From contig JADJPF010000015.1 of the NCBI GenBank assembly GCA_016713405.1, positions 64,001 through 85,471 of the forward strand: a stretch of 21,471 bases of DNA. Direction: 5' to 3'. The stretch comes from Blastocatellia bacterium. Its GTDB lineage: Bacteria > Acidobacteriota > Blastocatellia > Chloracidobacteriales > JADJPF01. The number at the start of each line of letters is the position of its first letter. Positions within the stretch are counted from its first letter, which is position 1. Shown here in pieces: positions 17,648 through 21,471 of this stretch. Position numbers and translations under genes: made by a program. The notes beneath the pieces are model-generated. The model had not been told where the DNA came from. It was given only the letters and a program-made list of their open reading frames with translations, and searched no databases.

Positions 17648-17675
17648 AGATTCTTTCAAATTAAGGATATATACT

Positions 17676-18065
17676 ATGCCATTTTGTCCTAAATGCCTTT
17701 CTGAGTATAAGCGAGAAATTACACATTGTAATGAATGTGACCTAGATTTAGTTGAAGAATTGACAGATGAAAACAGAATCCATGATATTAGCGATGCACC
17801 AATGGTAGAATTACGTAGGTTTTCAACTGCTACTGAAGCACAAATGATACGAGGACTTTTAGAGCAGAATGATATTCGAGCCTTAATACAAGGTGAAACT
17901 AGTAGCAGTGGTTTATTTCCAGCCGCTACATCAGTAGTTTTACTAGTAGATGGACGAGATTTTTCTAAAGCAAAAGAATTAGCAGAAGCCTACCTTATAG
18001 CAGAAATAGTTATGGATGAAAAGATATTGGTCAGCCTGAAGAAACGGAAAAGACGAAATTGCTAG
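17676..18065 (+). CDS. Zinc-ribbon plus DUF2007-like ('putative signal-transducing') small protein, 129 aa
   Basis: 'CPKCLSEY...CNECD' is an N-terminal CxxC-x10-CxxC. The following ~70 aa have the DUF2007-like pattern. I recognised this from memory only. Confidence 0.55.
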   Translation: MPFCPKCLSEYKREITHCNECDLDLVEELTDENRIHDISDAPMVELRRFSTATEAQMIRGLLEQNDIRALIQGETSSSGLFPAATSVVLLVDGRDFSKAKELAEAYLIAEIVMDEKILVSLKKRKRRNC

Positions 18066-18099
18066 ACAATCTGTAGAGGTCTTAAAACAAACTACTGCT

Positions 18100-18407
18100 A
18101 TGGTAGTTTTAATTACTGTAGATAAAAAAGAACTAGCTGACAAAATAGCAGAAAGCCTAGTAGTAGAAAACCTTGCAGCCTGTGTCAATATTGTTAATCA
18201 AATAGAATCGGTTTATCGTTGGGAAGGAAAGCTTTGTCGTGAACAAGAATTGCTTTTAATTGCTAAAACTGACTTAGCTTTTTATCAACGATTAGAAGAA
18301 AAAGTAAAAGAGTTACATGCTTATGACACTCAGAAATTATAGCTTTGCCCATTAATCGCGGTTCAGAAAAGTATTTGGATTGGCTTAGAGAGTCCTTAAA
18401 TTTATAA
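18100..18407 (+). pseudogene. cutA: CutA1 divalent-cation tolerance protein with a single frameshift near 18325
   Basis: 'AACVNIVNQIESVYRWEGKL...ELLLIAKT' is the CutA core. The ORF ends 'LHAYDTQKL*', but the +1 frame continues 'SEIIALPINRGSEKYLDWLRESLNL*', the conserved CutA C-terminus. Confidence 0.7.
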
Positions 18408-18414
18408 ATCTATA

Positions 18415-18965
18415 TTTAGTACACTGTAAACTAAATATTCTGATATTTTAATCTTAAGCCCCAACGGGGTGACAGATATGTAGCCTAGGGCGCAAGCCCT
18501 ACGTATGATTTAGCATTAAAAGACTATGTCGCCCTTACAGGGCTTAAAGAGACTTAACTATTATTTCCTAGGGCTTGCGCCCTAGGCTACAGTTATGTCG
18601 CCCCTCTGGGGCTTAAGAGTTAAGAATACAAAATTGCTATATTACTTAGTTTGCAGTGTAGTTAGTACAGCGTAAACTAAGTAATCTGAAATTTTTATTT
18701 CTTAAAGCCCCAACGGGGCGATAGATATGTAGCGTAGGGCGCAAGCCCTACGTATGATAATGAGCAATTCCCAAAAAGCCCCAACGGGGCGACAGAAGTA
18801 TTTTCTTAGCATTTAAAGACTATGTCGCCCTTACAGGGCTTAAAGAGACTTAACTATTATTTCCTAGGGCTTGCGCCCTAGGTTACAGTTATGTCGCCCC
18901 TTTGGGGCTTAAGAGTTAAGAATACAAAATTGCTATATTACTTAGTTTACAGAGTATTTAGTATG
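18415..18965. repeat. Intergenic cluster of nested palindromic, GC-rich repeat units. A ~250-300-bp block is tandemly duplicated, and each copy carries a large inverted repeat with ~47-bp arms.
   Basis: The ~47-bp unit 'AAGCCCCAACGGGGyGAyAGATATGTAGCsTAGGGCGCAAGCCCTACG' occurs on + at 18456-18502 and 18705-18751. It occurs as a reverse complement at 18568-18614 and 18865-18910. Short hairpins 'TGTCGCCCTTACAGGGCTT' sit at 18527-18545 and 18824-18842. The flanks at 18421-18455 vs 18666-18704 and at 18615-18665 vs 18911-18962 are also duplicated. Confidence 0.7.
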
Positions 18966-19009
18966 TTCTTATGGTAAAAATCTAGTGTTCCTTTAGCTTA
19001 ATAAATAAA

Positions 19010-19838
19010 ATGTTTGGAAGTAAGTCTAATCCTTTTGCAGATAACAAATCTTCTGTAGATATTGAAGGTGTAATTCTGGATTCAGAGTTACTTCTAAAAT
19101 ATCGTTTTGTTGAAAGAGCTATTAGCACGTTAGAAAAAGCTATTGAATCTTGCCCTAAGAATATTTCTTTACGAGAAAAATTATTAGAAATTTATGTTGA
19201 TTATAATTTACCAGATAAAGGGGCTGAACAAGCCCTAGCTTTATCAAAGATTTATGCTGAATCAGGAGATATAGATCGTGCAAATGAAAATATAATGCAA
19301 GCAAAAGGTCTTAATCCTGCTTTATCAATAAATTTAATTACCCCAAATGCAGAGGCACCTAGAAGAGCAATAACCCAACCCTTACAACCAATACCCCAAT
19401 GCAACATATACCTAGGCCAGCCGCCAGACCAATGCCCCTAATACCTAGACCAATACCTAGGCCATTACCCCGCCCACAAGCTACTTATCCATCCGTCCAA
19501 CGTGAAAAAGCTGTAAAAAGTATTAACAGGAGATCTATCAACAATTACTATTTTGATGTAATTCAAATAGTGGAAAATAGCCGTATTACTGGGATACTTA
19601 CTATTAATGCTACTACTGTACAAGGAAAAATTTACTTTAACTATGGACAAATTGCAGATGCTCAAATGGGGGAATTACGTAGTAATGCAGCTTTTCGATG
19701 TTTTGTTGAACTAGAAGAAGGCCGTTTTGAAATGGAAAATCTCCTGTAGAATTTAAGCAAAACATTACTGCTCCTAATAATACTAATTTGATTTTGGATA
19801 TTTTAAGAGAAGTTGATGAGTCAAAACGCGACCAATGA
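19010..19838 (+). pseudogene. TPR-like N-terminal region, Pro-rich linker and DUF4388-like C-terminal domain protein. Two frameshifts, at ~19363-19441 and ~19738.
   Basis: ORFs 19010..19441 and 19399..19749 overlap in different frames across a P-rich linker (PIPRPLPRP). 'ITGILTI...GKIYFNYGQIADAQ...GRFEME' fits the DUF4388 pattern. The +1 frame after 19738 continues 'SPVEFKQNITAPNNTNLILDILREVDESKRDQ*', typical of the domain's end. Confidence 0.55.
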
Positions 19839-19966
19839 TGGGATAGATAAAGTAGGTTAGTGTATTTTAGGAAGACATTCTATTGCTTGTTTTTAAGAAC
19901 AAAGCTTAAATTATCTTTTTACTAGTAAGTTTAATAAAATCTGTAAATAATTGGATGGTTTATGCA

Positions 19967-21471
19967 CCGAGATAGATTTACAATTCGCGCTCAAGAAGCT
20001 ATAGATTCAGCTACTAAGCTGGCAGAACGTCACAAAATCAACAAATTGACGAACACTGCTTATAACTATGCTTGAATCAAATGAGGAGTAATTAGACCTA
20101 TTTTAGAAAAATAGGAATACGTCCTCCAATGATTTTGGCAGAGCTAGAAGAAGCAATAAAAAGCTTACCTAAAGTTACTGGGACAAGTCAGGAAAGATTT
20201 TTTCCTCCCGCCTTTATTCAACTTACTGCTGCACAAAAAGAAGCCGACAAACTCCAAGATGCACATATCAGCACTGAACATTTGCTGCTTGCTATAGCAG
20301 AAGAAAAAATGGTGCTGCTGGCAAAATACTTCGCCAACACGGGTTGTTAATAAAGACTTGTTAAAAGTCTTAGAACAGTTTCGAGGTGGTGAGAAAATTA
20401 CAGATCAAGACCCTGAATCACGTTATCAATCTTTAAGTCGCTATGGTCGGGATTCAACCGAACTAGCTCGAATAGGTAAATTAGACCCTGTAATTGGACG
20501 AGATGATGAAATCCGTCGGGTTGTTCAAGTTTTGTCCACACGTACTAAAAATAACCCTGTATTGATTGGAGAACCTGGAGTTGGTAAAACTGCTATTGTT
20601 GAAGGACTAGCACAAAGAATTATTTCTGGTGATGTAGAAGAATCTTTACGTAATAAACGCTTGGTAGTATTAGATTTAGGTGCGATGTTAGCAGGTGCAA
20701 AATATCGTGGTGAATTTGAAGACCGCCTTAAGGCAGTTTTAAAAGAAGTTACTCGACCCGATAGCAACATAATTATGTTTATTGATGGAACTACATACCC
20801 CAGTAGGTGCTGGCGCGGCAGAAGGGGCAATAGATGCTTCAAATATGCTAAAACCTGCCCTAGCACGTGGTGAACTTCGTTGCATAGGGGCAACAACCTT
20901 AAATGAATATAAAAATACATTGAAAAAGACGCAGCACTTGAGCGACGCTTCCAACAAGTCTATATTACTGAACCAAATATAGAGGACACAATTGCTATTT
21001 TACGTGGCTTAAAAGAACGCTATGAAGTCCACTTATGGAGTAAGAATTAAAGACACTGCAATTGTTTCAGCTACAATGCTTTCACAACGCTATATTGCTG
21101 ATAGATTTTTGCCTGATAAAGCAATTGATTTAATTGATGAGGCTGCATCACGTCTAAGAATAGAAATTGACAGCCTACCAACAGAGATTGACGAGGTAGA
21201 ACGCGAAAGAATTCAGCGCGAAATAGAGCGTCAAGCACTCCAAAGAGAAGATGATCCAGTTTCACGCGAAAGATTAGCTAAAATTGAGCAAGAAATTTCT
21301 GAATTAAAAGAGAAAAGTGCAGGAATGAAAGCTCGTTGGCAGTCAGAAAAGGAAATTATAGAACGTATTAGTTCTAAAAAGAAGCCCTGGAAAATATGCG
21401 TATTCAAGCTGAACAATTTGAACGAGTTGGAGATTATGGAAAAGTAGCAGAAATACGCTATGGAAGTATGG
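19967..21471 (+). pseudogene. clpB: clpB (Hsp100 disaggregase) N-terminal half with at least eight frameshifts. The 3' end lies outside the window.
   Basis: Pieces in three frames reassemble into a collinear ClpB N-terminus. They are 'MHRDRFTIRAQEAIDSATKLAERHK', 'VIRPILEKIGIRPPMILAELEEAIKSLPKVTGTSQ', '[14 protein letters not shown]', '[49 protein letters not shown]' (Walker A), '[26 protein letters not shown]', '[41 protein letters not shown]', '[37 protein letters not shown]', '[44 protein letters not shown]' and a coiled-coil M-domain. Confidence 0.8.

Noticed and set aside
18415-18965. Possible CRISPR array, because of repeated GC-rich palindromes
   Set aside because: The units occur in both orientations and at irregular spacing. 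The intervening sequences are themselves duplicated. There are no cas genes nearby. This is not a repeat-spacer architecture.

Overview
This is an AT-rich bacterial chromosomal segment of about 21.5 kb. The genes have Shine-Dalgarno sites and rho-independent hairpins. There is an ISL3-type insertion sequence and no eukaryotic or phage hallmarks.

Left to right, the window contains:
(1) The 3' part of a gene for a cell-surface protein made of tandem ~95-aa Ig-like repeats. Its reading frame breaks at a T8 homopolymer.
(2) A co-directional minus-strand operon, tetR -> rifampicin-phosphotransferase-like PEP-utilising enzyme (886 aa) -> HlyD membrane-fusion protein -> ABC ATPase (frameshifted) -> ABC-2 permease. 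It reads as a regulator-controlled 'inactivate and export' cassette.
(3) A small coiled-coil gene split by a heavily decayed ISL3-family IS. The IS is 1299 bp with ~37-bp terminal inverted repeats.
(4) Two abutting large ORFs of 697 aa and 502 aa on the minus strand with no standard catalytic motifs. The second starts with a CheY-like receiver domain (Asp11/Asp12/Asp57 pattern). The first has weak histidine-kinase-like H-box and N-box remnants. Neither has a Shine-Dalgarno site, although the neighbouring genes do. This is the best candidate for an undescribed two-gene, signal-transduction-like accessory module.
(5) A secreted M28 aminopeptidase (frameshifted), an Asp-nucleophile alpha/beta hydrolase, a zinc-ribbon membrane protein (frameshifted), a PHP phosphoesterase, a DUF2007 zinc-ribbon protein and cutA (frameshifted).
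(6) A ~550-bp intergenic cluster of nested GC-rich palindromic repeats, duplicated in tandem.
(7) A TPR-DUF4388 gene with two frameshifts, and a clpB gene with at least eight.

Frameshifts are numerous but very unevenly spread. This points either to a genome with ongoing pseudogenisation or to regionally poor consensus quality. All domain calls rest on motif recognition by eye. No database searches were run.
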